DNA from: Octopus bimaculoides
Lineage: Eukaryota
Assembly: GCF_001194135.2 (NCBI RefSeq)
Contig: NC_068982.1
Coordinates: forward strand, 45,359,503-45,423,502
DNA length: 64,000 bases
Reading direction: 5' to 3'
This document shows, in pieces, positions 1 to 12,800 of the stretch. Numbering within the stretch: position 1 is the first letter of the stretch; every line of letters starts with the position of its first letter. The notes under the pieces were generated by a model. It was not told the DNA's origin. It made no database searches and saw only the letters and a list, made by a program, of their open reading frames with translations. The translations under genes and the position numbers were made by a program.

Positions 1-99
1 GACTGGTACTTATTTAGTTGAGGGAAAAAGACAATATCAAAATAAGTGGCACTTGAATTCAAATGGATGGAATAAGGCATTTAATCTGACCCTTTACAA

Positions 100-373
100 T
101 AGTGATTCCCAAACTTTTCAGGCTGCCGCCCCCTTGGTGCCCGCACCTCATTCTTACAGCCCTCATTCACCACCACCACCACCACCACAAACATAAACCA
201 CTTTCTGCTGCAAATTGAAAACAACTGTGTTTCACAAATAAAACTTATAATCAATCCTTATAATCTTGTTGTTTTTACACCCATTGCCCCTTTATCACCT
301 CACTTTTCTTCAACACTCCCTGGATCTTTCCACTGCCCCAGCGGAGAAGAACCACCCACTTTGGGAACCACTA
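100..373. mobile_element. hAT (Charlie-like) MITE
   Basis: Terminal inverted repeats tagtgattcccaaa / tttgggaaccacta; degenerate 8-bp flanks ctttacaa / cttaaaaa. Confidence 0.6.
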
Positions 374-429
374 CTTAAAAACTTCAACCAGCTCATTATC
401 CAGAAAGAGCAAGTAATGTTGACTTGTAA

Positions 430-1102
430 ACACAGGTACAAAACCAGAAATTTTATGGGGAGTGGCGGGGAGTTAATTACAAACAGCTCAGTACTTGGTT
501 GGTATTTTATTTTATCGACTCCTGAATGATAAAACGCAAAGTTGACCATGGCAGGATTGGAACTTGGAACATAAAGAACAGGAATAAAATACCTCAAGGA
601 ACTTTGTCTGACATTCTAACCATTTTGCTAATCCACTGCCAAGAATGTGTATAATACTGGTTTCAGATTTTGGCACAAGGTCAACAATTTCGGAGGAGGA
701 GATAAGTCGATTACACCAAACACAATGTTCAACTGGTACTTATTTTATTGACTCCGAAAGGATGAAAGGTAAAGTCGACCTTGGCAGAATTTGAACCCAG
801 AACGTAAAGACGGAGGAAATGCCGCTAAGCATTTCGTCCAGTGTGTTCGCGATTCTCCCAGCTCACCGCCTTGAGCATGTGTAATATTGATTTCAAATTT
901 TAGCGCAAGGCCAGCAATTTCAGGGGATAGGTTAAGTCAATTACACTGACCCCAGTGTTCTGCTGGTACTTATTTTACCGACTCCGAAAGGATGAAAGGC
1001 AAAGTCGACTTCAGCGGAATCTGAACTGAGAACATAAAAACGGACGTAAAGCTGCTAAGTATTTTGCCTTGCATGCTAACAATTCTTCCAGCTTGCTGCC
1101 TT
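430..1102 (-). repeat. Three head-to-tail copies of tRNA-derived SINE family A (about 230-bp period)
   Basis: The core ...gatgaaaggcaaagtcgac...atttgaac.cagaac... recurs; heads end at about 640, 872 and 1102. Confidence 0.8.
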
Positions 1103-1128
1103 GAGCACATGTAATATTGACTTGAAGA

Positions 1129-1345
1129 AAGGCAATAAACTGGCAGAAGTGTTAGCACGCCGGGTGAAATGCTTAGCAGTATTTCGTCTGTCTTTACGTT
1201 CTGAGTTCAAATTCCGCCAAGGTCAACTTTGTCTTTCATTCTTTCGGGCTCAATAGATTAAGAACCAGTTGCATACTGGGGTCAATCTAATCGACTGGAC
1301 CCTCCCCCAAAATTTCGGACCTTGTGCTAGAGTAGAAAAGAATAT
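1129..1345 (+). mobile_element. SINE family A
   Basis: A-box-like tggcagaagtgttagc and B-box-like gagttcaaattcc; 3' end ccttgtgctagagtagaaaagaata. Confidence 0.85.
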
Positions 1346-1516
1346 ACTAAGTATTTACTTTTTAAAAAATATAAATGAAGTGATATTTATATATTACAAG
1401 AATATGCAATCATTGTAAATCCGTATACCGTTATTGTTTCCATATAAATATCTTTGTATTTATAAATGCCTTCTATGAAATTTCTAATGTCTGAATATAT
1501 ATTTTCTGGAAAATAG

Positions 1517-1674
1517 CACCGAATACATGATGTTCATGCCAAAAGTCTTCCGATGCGATGAAAATGAATCAGTCCTACTGCAATTCTTCGACTATTATAA
1601 CTTATGTGTGCAAATAGAGTTACTTGATGTTAAGACCGAAAAAATACTGAAGAAATATTTGAAAGTATTTGAGG
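1517..1674 (+). CDS. Exon A (MG1 N-part): TEYMMFMPKVFRCDENESVLLQFFDYYNLCVQIELLDVKTEKILKKYLKVFE
   Basis: tag acceptor at 1514-1516 (phase 2); donor G|gtaagt after 1674 (phase 1). Y-x-x-x-x-P-K-V-x-R matches the start of MG1 in C3/TEP. Confidence 0.85.
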
Positions 1675-2670
1675 GTAAGTACATTTTCAGAAATTATTTC
1701 CATATAGTCTATATTCTAAAAGAATACAAAAGAAGGAAACAAATGAGTTCTTTTTCAGATCCATCTGTCACCAAAGTCATTGGTGATCTTTCATCTTTTA
1801 TGTTTTTCTTGTTTGAGTCATTGAACTGCGACCAGCCATGCTGGGGCACTGCCTTGAAGAATTTTTAGTTGAATGTATCGACCCCAGTACTTTTTTTTTT
1901 TAGCTACGGAAATGTGAATACACCAACACCAATTGTCAAGTGGTGGTTGGGGGGGGGGGGAACACACATGTATATACGACGGGATTCTTTCAGTTTCCGT
2001 CTACCAAATCCACTCACAAGGCTTTGGTCGGCTCGAGGCTAGAGTGCAAGACACTTGCCCAAGGTAGCACCCAGTGAGACTGGATTCGGAACTATGTGAT
2101 TGGGAAGCAAGCTTCTTACCACATGGCCACGTGTGCACCTATACAGCCACACCCGTGCCTGTGTGTATAACTTTCATGATCATCATCTGGTCGGGTGACT
2201 TACGCTAATAAGACTCATTGGTAATTTGATAGCTGAATGTCTGATGTGCACAAGTCACGGCTTCAAATGATAGCAGTAGTTCATTAACTGAACTGGTTGA
2301 TCCTAGCTTTTGACAGTCTATTGACTGTTCATCTACTTAGCATCTAGTGATATTCGCCATGGACTTAATAAGTTTATCTGCCGAAATAGTTCGCCTCCAC
2401 CGTGCTACATCCCATGATTTCAACATAACCATGGCTTGGGTGGTTACCAGGTACTTAACCTTGTCAGGCGGTTTCCCGTAATTTAACCCGGGTTTGTTTA
2501 TTTCCACATTTAGAACTAACTTCTAATTAATCTGTAGCTGGGACCCCGACAGCTATGGATTAATTATATGTAATTTTAAATTAAATTTAAGGGAACCCAG
2601 TAACCTCATTTATAAATGCTTTCATTTTTGCATAGATGTTTATTTAAGAAAAAGCTTGTTTCTTTATAGC

Positions 2671-2701
<31 letters not shown>

Positions 2702-5700
2702 NNNNNNNNNNNNNNNNNNNNNNNNNNNNNNNNNNNNNNNNNNNNNNNNNNNNNNNNNNNNNNNNNNNNNNNNNNNNNNNNNNNNNNNNNNNNNNNNNNN
2801 NNNNNNNNNNNNNNNNNNNNNNNNNNNNNNNNNNNNNNNNNNNNNNNNNNNNNNNNNNNNNNNNNNNNNNNNNNNNNNNNNNNNNNNNNNNNNNNNNNNN
2901 NNNNNATATATGAATGAAAGGTATGTGGCCTAGTGACTCGGCTGTTGCACTTACGATTTAGTGATCGTGGGTTCGATTCTCAGACTGGGTGGTGCGTTGT
3001 GTTCTTGAGCAAAACATTTAGTTTCCCATTGGTCCATTTCCCTCAGCCAATGGAGTGGCATCATTTGATGGCTAAAACGATGCAAAGCGCATTGTGACCA
3101 GTGATGTGTTACAACATCTGATATTCTGGTCGGTCACATGATCAAGTGAACCAACTGGTTGTAGCAGTTATAGAAGAATAGGGAGGGAAAGTCCTAGAAT
3201 CCCGTCAAACTATGTTGGTTTGCCTTGACATTATGCATTGGCTCAGAAAATCCCACTTCCTCCTTAATTTGACTCTATTTCCACTACGAAACTCATTCTA
3301 ATAGTATTGCATGAAAATGACGTACAATTAAGAGGAATCTGGGCTTTTTTCAGCAGAAAATTATGAAACATTTATTAAAAGATTTATTATTATCAGAATG
3401 AATGTGCATGGCTTAGTGTTTAGGGGTATTCGACTCACGATCGCAAGGTCGTGAGTACAATTGCCGTCGATGTGTTGTGTCCTTGAGCAAGACACTTTAT
3501 TTCACATTGCTCCAGTCCACTCAGCTAGCAAAAAATGAGTAGTAACTGTATTTCAAAGGACCAGCCTTGTCACACTCTGTGTCATGCTGAACCTCCCTGA
3601 GAACTACGTTAAGGGTACACATGTCTGTGGAGTGCTCAGCATGTTAATTTCAAGAGCAAGTTGTTCCATTGACTGGATCAACTAGAACCGTCGATGTGGA
3701 AACCGATGGAGTGCCGGTATTATCAGAAGGCATGGATCAAACACTATAGTGACTGAAACTAGTCTAAGAATTAGTGACTCATTGAAATAAGTTCAATAAA
3801 ATGATCAAAGACATAGACACCATAAATGGTTATAAGCTATTTATTTGCTAAAACTATATTTGTTCAAATGGGTTTCTTATTTCTTTACTGCCCACAAGGG
3901 GCCAAACATAGAGGGGACAAACAAGGGATTAAGTCGATTACATCGACCCCAGTGCATAACTGGTACTTAATTTATCGACCCCGAAAGGATGAAAGGCAAA
4001 GTTGACCTCAGCGGAATTTGAACTCAGAACGTAGCGGCAGACGAAATACCGCTAAGCATTTTGCCCGGTGTGCAATCGTTTCTGCCAGCTCATTACCTCT
4101 TTTGTTCAAATGGGTTTCTGCACCCACTGGAGTTTTATGGGCTACAACTGGAGTAAAGCACAACTGTGAATGCTGAGCTTCAACTCCAAACTTTCAGTAA
4201 AGGGAATAGCCATATGCATTGCTATACACTACTTTCAGGGGTAAAAAAAACATAATGCCATCTATTCATTGGATTCAAAAAGAATTAATATAAGCTAATG
4301 GGTCTTGATGTGATAGGGAGACACAATGCTATAAAAATTCATGAATAAAGTATCACAGACATTTTGTAGTTTATGTACGTCGTGTGATTCGGATAAAACC
4401 GTCATGAGGACTGACGTCAGACTTAGGAAGCACCAACAAGTTGGAATTTTTCCGTATTAATGGGGATTTTTCAGATCTTTTTTCAAGGTGCTCTTGGAGA
4501 TGCTCTAGATTATCTTTTTAGCAAAAAAATTTTGCAGAAAATAATGGGTTTTTAATCCCTCCCATACACACACCACATCTTTTCCTCTCTGGACTGAATT
4601 TGGTCGATTTTATGGGCACTATGCACGATGATTTTGTGGGGCACTACGCACTTAAAGACTGAAGGAGAAAGGAGCCTTTTTGGTAACAAAAAAGTAAATA
4701 TTTTCAAATGAAAAGGTGTGTGATTTAAGGGAGATTTGGTTGTTGTTTCTAGCATATCCCATGACCACCTTCCACATTTCTTTCCCACTGTGGCAAATAT
4801 GGATGTTTTTCAATATTTTCTCCCCATTAATAAACTCATTTATGCAATGAAAAAGAAATTTTTTTGAAAATTTATGATTTTTATTAACCCTAAACCTTAC
4901 GAGTCAAGAGATATGTTAGAAACAACGACCAAATCTCCCTTAAATCACACATATTTTCGTCTGGAAATATTTACTTTTTTTTTTGCCTATAGTTTTTAAG
5001 CACGTAGTGCTCCCCTTTGCCCGAATCATCGTGCGTAGTGCCCACAAAATTGACCAAAATCGGTCCGGAGAGGGGAAGATGGTGGGCAGGGTAAAAAAAT
5101 TCCATCATTTTTTGCAAATTTTGGTTGATTCTGTGGGCACTACGCATGATAACTATGCACTTAAAAACTATAGGAGAAGCCTTTTCGGTAAAAAAAAAAA
5201 AAGACTTAGAAGATAGTCCTGAGCATTTACAAGAGGATTGTGAAAGAAAATCTGAAAAATCTGTCAAAACAGAGAAATTCCAACTTGTTGGTTCTTCCCA
5301 AGTCCAACGTTCGCCAAAATGAGTTCTGACTGGTCTTATTCTCATACATTGTATATTTTCTAGTTGTTATAAATATTTTCTTATTTTTCATTGTACGAAG
5401 TTTTAAACTCTTTAAGTGTTATATTTTTGTACTTTTTAGGAAACCAAGTTTTATTCAACATCAGTGTTGAAGGAAATGAATGCCTGAATGATGAAGTGAT
5501 TTTGAATGTTACTGGATATAAACCGCAACGTATAATTGAAGGAAGACAGTTGTGTAGTGACAGGATTGATGATTCAATTAATATGAAACAAATACTTCCT
5601 ATAAAGAGAACATTCGGGCACATTTTCATTCAGACTAATTTGCCCATTTATCGACGAAATGAAAAAGGTGAGTAATTACTTTATATTTTATTAAAAATTC

Positions 5701-6775
5701 AATAAAATAAGTTTAATATTATGATTGATTCAGTTTAAAAGTTTTAATATTTATTGATTTTTAAGGTGGCGAGCTGGCAGAAACTTTAGCACACCAGGCG
5801 AAATGCTTAGCGGTATTTTGTCTGTCTTTGTGCTCTGAGTTCAAATTCTGCCGAGGTCAACTTTGTCTTTCACACTCTCTGGGTCCATAAAATAAGTACC
5901 AGGTGAACACTAGAATCGATTTAGTCAACATAGCCCATCATCAAAAATGTACAATAACACCAGAGATCAAGAAGATTTATAAGGTATACTTTGACTGTCC
6001 ACTTGGAGATCAGGACAAGTTATGGGCACTACATTTTATCTGCTCAGCTTGCTCAAATGGCTTACGTGACTAGTTCAATAATAAGTCCATTCCAGTGATA
6101 TAGAGTTATTTTTGCAAAGTAAGTCACAGGATTTTCTATGAAGAATAAGCACAAAATTTGTGTATCTAAATTTGGACTCTGCAATGAGACCTGTGCCCCA
6201 CAATGGAAGTTTGCCAATTCCAGTTCCACTAGATGATGGTATTGAAACATAAGACGATAATGCTGACTGTCACGATAGTGCTGCTGTGCTGCCGAGGAAG
6301 ATTTGCATGGCTGATGATGAACATGGTGAAAGATTTCACCAGAATATTAGTGCTATGGAGAAATGGCAGCAAGGCTTCTGGAATGACAGTATGCTGGCTG
6401 ACTACTACTGGACACATTACTGTGATCAACCAGATCAGGAACACCGCAGGAAATCCAAATCACAATGTTTCTTACTCTGTTGTTCTAACTTTGGTTTGTC
6501 TGACCCATTTTTTGTGTGTTCACTCTTTGTAGAATGGTAGTAATGATTTTTAACTCAATAAACTCATTTACTTTCTAAAAATAATTCCCTTATTTATTAC
6601 GTTAACGATTTCATATATACGGATATGTAAATATTTGCATGTATCTATCGAAAAACTGATACGTGCTGCATACAAATGGAGTGAAATTTTGAAATCAACA
6701 TATAAAATTAGTCTTAAAAAGTCGTTTGTATTCATAATGAGTATAATACATTTAATTTTGACCACCACCACCACC

Positions 6776-6809
<34 letters not shown>

Positions 6810-9800
6810 TCATCTTCTTCTTCTTCTTCTTCATGAAGGCAGCGTGCTGGCAGTATCGTTAGCATGCTGAACAACATGCTTAGCGGTATTACTTAACATT
6901 TTCATTTTACGTATTAACAACGTGCTGCAAAAAAATGTTAATGTGTCAGTGACATTTTATGAATGTTACTGGCTCAGTTAATAGTGGAAGAGAAGTTAAA
7001 CTTCCTTGTTGATGTTGATCCAAGAATGAACTTTGAATTTATACATATTTACAAAAGCCAATTTGAGAGTTTCTTTCATGGTAATGGTAACTACCGCAGT
7101 ATAGTTTGTTCTAAAAGAGCATCCATGTTTAAGTGGGGGATAAATATTAACTATTTATTAGTTTGCCGATCGCTGTTCAGTTACACTTCTTCAGGTCATT
7201 ACGAAACAACCTGTCTAATGGTTCTGAGAGGGTCACGTAAAACACCGTTAAGATCTGGCATCTCTTGAATACAAAATTTGTTATTATTTTTAAATCACTA
7301 CTTCACTGCATTGAGTGTTGTTTTTGATGACTAATAGCCTGTCATTATACAACACTTGACAACTATCTGGATTGGCCCCAGTCAATATTTAGTAGCATAG
7401 CTTGGAAATGGGTGGTTATGGGGGAACTCTGCCCTGAACAACGCTTTTATGGAGGCAGCACTTTTGAATCTACTGTATAAACCAAAATAAAGGGGTGAAA
7501 ATAGAGGGCCGTCAAACATAAGGGCTACCCCGGGCAGTACACACTCTAGCTACACCACTGTCGACATTGTTTCTTTCTAGTCATAACAGTCGATACCATT
7601 ATTTCTGTTTCAGCTACAGTTCAATTTTAAGAGCATTTGGGATTAACTATCAATAGATTCTATTTCCTTTTCTGTTTAACCTTGTATGTTGAATGTTTCC
7701 GCAAGTATTACTGATATATTGTAGTACATAATAAGAACAATCTAATTGTAAAATCTTTCTGAATCCACTGTTATTCTAAAGTTACCTTTACTTTATCATA
7801 ATCATAGAATGTCTTCTCATCTCTCCTTTGGTATTTGTTGTTCTCAAGTATCGATTAACCTCTTTTCTTCGAAGTTGCTGGCTTTTTGCCTAAACCAGAG
7901 ACAAAAAGATAAAACGACAGTGAACTAGTAGAACCGTTAGAGTGTTGGAAAAATTGCTTTGTGGCATTTGCTTTGACTCCTTACATTCGGAATTCAAATC
8001 CTGCCCATGTCAACTTTGCCTTTCATCCCGCCAGGGTTGATAGAATAAAATACCAGTCAAATACTGGGGTCAGTGGTATCGACCCCCATCTCTTCAAAAT
8101 GACTAGTGTTATGCTTAAATCAGAAATCATTAGTGATAATATGTGTAACCTAGTGACAGAAAACAACAACAGTTCAGAGAGTGTATCTTCAAGAAATATT
8201 TCTTGTAAGAGATTCATAGTATTTCACTGCCTCTTGTTCAATGACAAAATGGCCGAGCAAAATACTTTAATCTTTTAAAGGTAGTAATTTTTCAATGCTA
8301 CTATTCATTGTTAGACATCAAGAATCTAATTATGATTACTGAACTGAAACGAAAGCATTTTATAGTCTACTCATTTTCTTATGAGGTTTCTGAACTTAGA
8401 AAACAGTCTATTTTGCTTTTATCTATTAGTTGTTCAGTGTAGTTCCACACTGCTCCTTCTGTTAGTTTGTTGATAATTATTATGTCATATTTTAAACTGT
8501 AATTTTTGCCTAATCAGAGCTATTAGTTTTTTTTTTTTTGGTGTACGTTATGTTAATGTCCAAAGTAAGAAGAACATCGGGCAAAAATACCGAAATGATT
8601 ATATGCCTGTGTTTTTGCTTGGTTAGCTTTATATAAGGATGTATGTGATAATGTGTGTGTGTGTGTGTGTGGTCTTCAGTGTTTATTTCATCGTTTAGTT
8701 TTGAGATAATAACTATTGTATATGAGCTTTTTAAATAGTTTCCATATTTGGTGGCACTAAATCATGTGCTCTGCAATTTTGTAAAACTCAGCTTCTCAAA
8801 ATAGGTATCGAGACAATTAGTCTTACATAATGATGTTCCCCAATGGTCACAACTACACCCGCATTACACGTTTGCCTTTCCCTATTCTGGTGAGCTCAAT
8901 TGCGTTTGTAAATTCTGTAAGTAGTGATGTGTACATCCTAGGAATAGTTTTTCTTTTTTTTGTATGTAAAGTTCTTACATTGTAGCTTCTTGTGTGTCAG
9001 TCTTAACATTCATCATAAGACTAAATTCAGTAACCCCCACCTCCTTATATCCCAGTTGTCAGTCACTGCTTTTTATTTTTTATATTGAGTCTACTTCACA
9101 TTCATTTAAAATTAGTTCAACCAAAGCTGAAAAAATTTCTCTCTATCTTTATTGTACACTGCAAGAGTCTTTAAAAGTGCATGGGTCTTGAACTAGAGGA
9201 CATTTCAGCAAGTGTTCCATAATTTATGTATCTTTGTCGTATTCACACATGGTGGTGTTGGAGAAGCTGTAACTCCATTTGTTGAGTATCACATTGACTC
9301 GTCCAACATCATTCTTGGTCGATTAAAACATTTCCACTTTGCCCAGCTCACATCCACATTAAGTGGTAACTGTCTTCTTGCTACCCACCAGCATGACACT
9401 TTTAGGTCTGCTGTAAGCAATATGTGTTTTTTGTGGGGTCTGGGGGGGGGGCAAACGGAAGGGCCGCCTTGGGTGGCATACACTTTAGCTACGCTAGTGT
9501 TGCTACCACTTCTGTTATTGACGAGAGTGGTAGGATGGTCTTTTCTTTCTTCCCTCAAAACAAACAGTTTTTTAATCTCAGTACTGGCCTCAAAGAAAGT
9601 AATACACTTAAGAAAGATTTTCCTTGACATCAGCTGACTTTGAACTGTTATTTCGTCGAACATTTATTTTCTGCCGATTACATTCCTTCATACGGATTCA
9701 AAATGGCTGGTGATCTCACACCTGCTGGAATATGAAGGCTGTCAGTTTCTTCTGAAGTAAACTTCCTGTGATCAGTCGACACAAAGCATTAACGATGGGA

Positions 9801-12800
9801 TCTAGCTTCTTACCATTGATTGGTCTTTCCTGTTCTAGTGGACTCAGTCATGGAATACTCAGCAAAATGTTCAAATAGTTCAACACAGGGTCTGAGGATC
9901 ATGCTACTGAGAGTTGGCGCAATGTTTCACAGGTTTTCAGTTGGAAGGGGCACAGTTAGGTCTTAAATGAATTGGATTCTACTCATAATACAGTGTTAGC
10001 TGATCAAGAAAATTGATCACTTCTTATACTACCGAGAAATTTTAATCGTATGCAGCAGATCATCAGAATGATCATCAGATCATCATAAATCTGCATGAAT
10101 CACCACTTCCTGTTTGGTAATTGACACAGGTACTGAAAAGCACGAGCAAGCACGTTCGTTCCCTCGAGGCAGACTATTCTGTGCATTTTTGTCAACAGGA
10201 AACAAGTCTATTTTGGTAGCATTTTTGCTGATAGGGAACAACTTCGTTTACATCTCAACTCCATAAAAATATGTTCTCCAACATTCTTTCATTCAGCTCT
10301 GCAAGCTGGGTGTCCTTAATGCTGGCTGAGCAGATACAATTGATTGTATTGTATTCTGCAGAGAAATCAACAAAAAGTGTACTGGTTACCATCCATTTTT
10401 CAAGGTCATTTTCGATGTGGTGTTTTTTTTTATTTTTTTAGAGAAAGCCTATTTGTCTTGAGAATAGGCGTTACATCAGCTGCTGGCACTACTCCATTGA
10501 TGGTTAGGCATTCAAAGAGATTGACTACTGAGTGTGATTGAGAAGTAAGCTCAGCATGTAACTTTTGCAGATTAATGTGTCTTCTTTGTTTCAGCTGTAC
10601 TGTTACACGAATCGTTTTCTAGATCTGATGTAGTTTATATGTTGTCACATAATGATTGTGTAGCTGTAAGAACTTCGATGACGTGTTCTGATATTGAGGT
10701 GACTTCGAGCACAAAGGCTGCCCTTTCAAAATTCACATCATCATATTGAAAAACTCAGTAAGGACTTCGATATCGTGTATTGATATTGAGGTGACTTCAA
10801 TTACTGAGGCTGCCCTATAGATCTTCGCATTACCATATAGAAAACTCAGTAAAAACTACAATATCGATATTTTGCTAAAATGTTTATTTCACTTTCAGCA
10901 AAGTCATTCTTTTCAACTTCATTTTCTTGTGCTGTATTTTTGTTTTGTTTCTGTTTATTTTTTCCTGCCAATTTCTTTTATATTTCTATTAGCAATTTTT
11001 TAAGACCGGTAATTGTACTATCGGTCTATGTTGTCAAACTGTTAAGTTACTCCTTCCACCCTCCACCCCCATTTCGAATCGAGCTTGGTGCAAATAATCT
11101 TCATGCGCAATTACATATTTTTTCTCGACTGGATATCTTTCGTTAGTATTTTGAATAGACTTTTTACATTATATATTTTGATTTTTTAGCATATGTTGCG
11201 TGATCATTACATCAGTAAATTGTTTTCTCTCCTTTTCCTATATCGTCATACTATCGCAGTAGATTTCTTATCAAAAGCAATAATTTTAGAACAAAGCAGC
11301 ATTTTTCTCAAACTATTCATCGCTACTCTCACTATTAATACTACTTTTGTGTGTAGGGACTTCCACATAATTGGTTTGTTGCCTCAACCTATTTATACGA
11401 TATTTTAATATAACGACAGCTATGCATGTCGGGCGAGTTAATGGTCAGGAAAACTTATCTGTATAACCATAAATACTAGCATTGTTCATCTTCAGCTTAG
11501 CTATTTTTAGTCTTTTAATAATATTTACTTACGAAGGTGTAGAATTATTAGCACACTGGACAAATGCTTGGCGGAATGTCGTTCATTTTTACATACTGAG
11601 TTCAAATTTTGCCGAGGTCGACTTTGCCCCTTCATCCGTTCGGAGTCGATAAAGTAAATACCATTTAAACACTGGGGTCGATGTGATCGACTTATCCCCC
11701 TCCCGTAAAACTGCTGGCCTTGTACCAACATTTGAAAAGAGACGGTGAATTAGTAGTACCAGTTAAGTGTCGAACAAAATTTTCTTGCACTGTTTGTTTC
11801 GAATCGCTTTGCTCCGAGTTCAACTCTCATCGAGGCCGACTTGTCCTTTCATTCTTTTGAGGTTGATAAAAAAAAAGAAGTACTAGTTCAGGTAGGGGGA
11901 TTGACAGACTTGTCAGGGGTATCAGACGAGATACCTTACGGTAGCATCTGCTCAGTGTATTCTGAGTTCAAGTCCCACTTTCTATTATTCGACAAAATCA
12001 AAAGTAAAAAAACAACCCCTACCTCTTCGATCATGCTTCATTACCTTGTCCCATGTCTTCCTGGATCTACCTCTTCGACAGGTTCCCTCCACAGTTAGAG
12101 ATCGGCACTTCTTTACAAAGTTGTACTCATCCATACGCATCACCTGGCCATGCCAGTGCAGTCGTATAGTTTAATAGTAATCAGCTCGATAAGAAAATCG
12201 GTTACTATCGTCATTATTAATTTAAAATCTCAAGAAATAAGTATTAATAATCAAAGTGCTATTGGAACTTAAAAAGGAAAACCACGTGAATAAATGCAAT
12301 ATTTTATCTAATTCAGCATATTACGGTTTATCTTTTGTCTTGCTTGTTTCAGTTATTAGATTGCGGCCATGCTGGGGCACCGCTTTGAATAACTTTAGTC
12401 AAACGAATCGATCCCAGGACCTATTTTTTTAAAGTATGGTACTTATTTTATCAGTCTCTTTTGTTGAACCGCTAAGTTACGGGGACGTAAACACACCAGT
12501 ACTGGTTACAAGCGGTGGTTAGGGAAAGCAAATAAGTGAGAAGAAATATAATTAGTTGCAATGACCTTTTATTTTTATTGTCATCGTTACACTGTAAGAT
12601 ACAGTTTCTTCAAGTTGTTGTTATACACAGATTATTTGCCGTTCTGGTTTCGATTCTGTAGGTAGTTAAATTCATTTTTTGTTGAATGCTAGGAGAACAG
12701 ATGAAAGAAGGAGAGAGAAAGAGTAAAAGAATTTAGACAAGTAAAGAAAGTGGAAGTTGTGTAGTCGCTTGGAGACACCATGTGTGAAGTGTTCCTTTTA

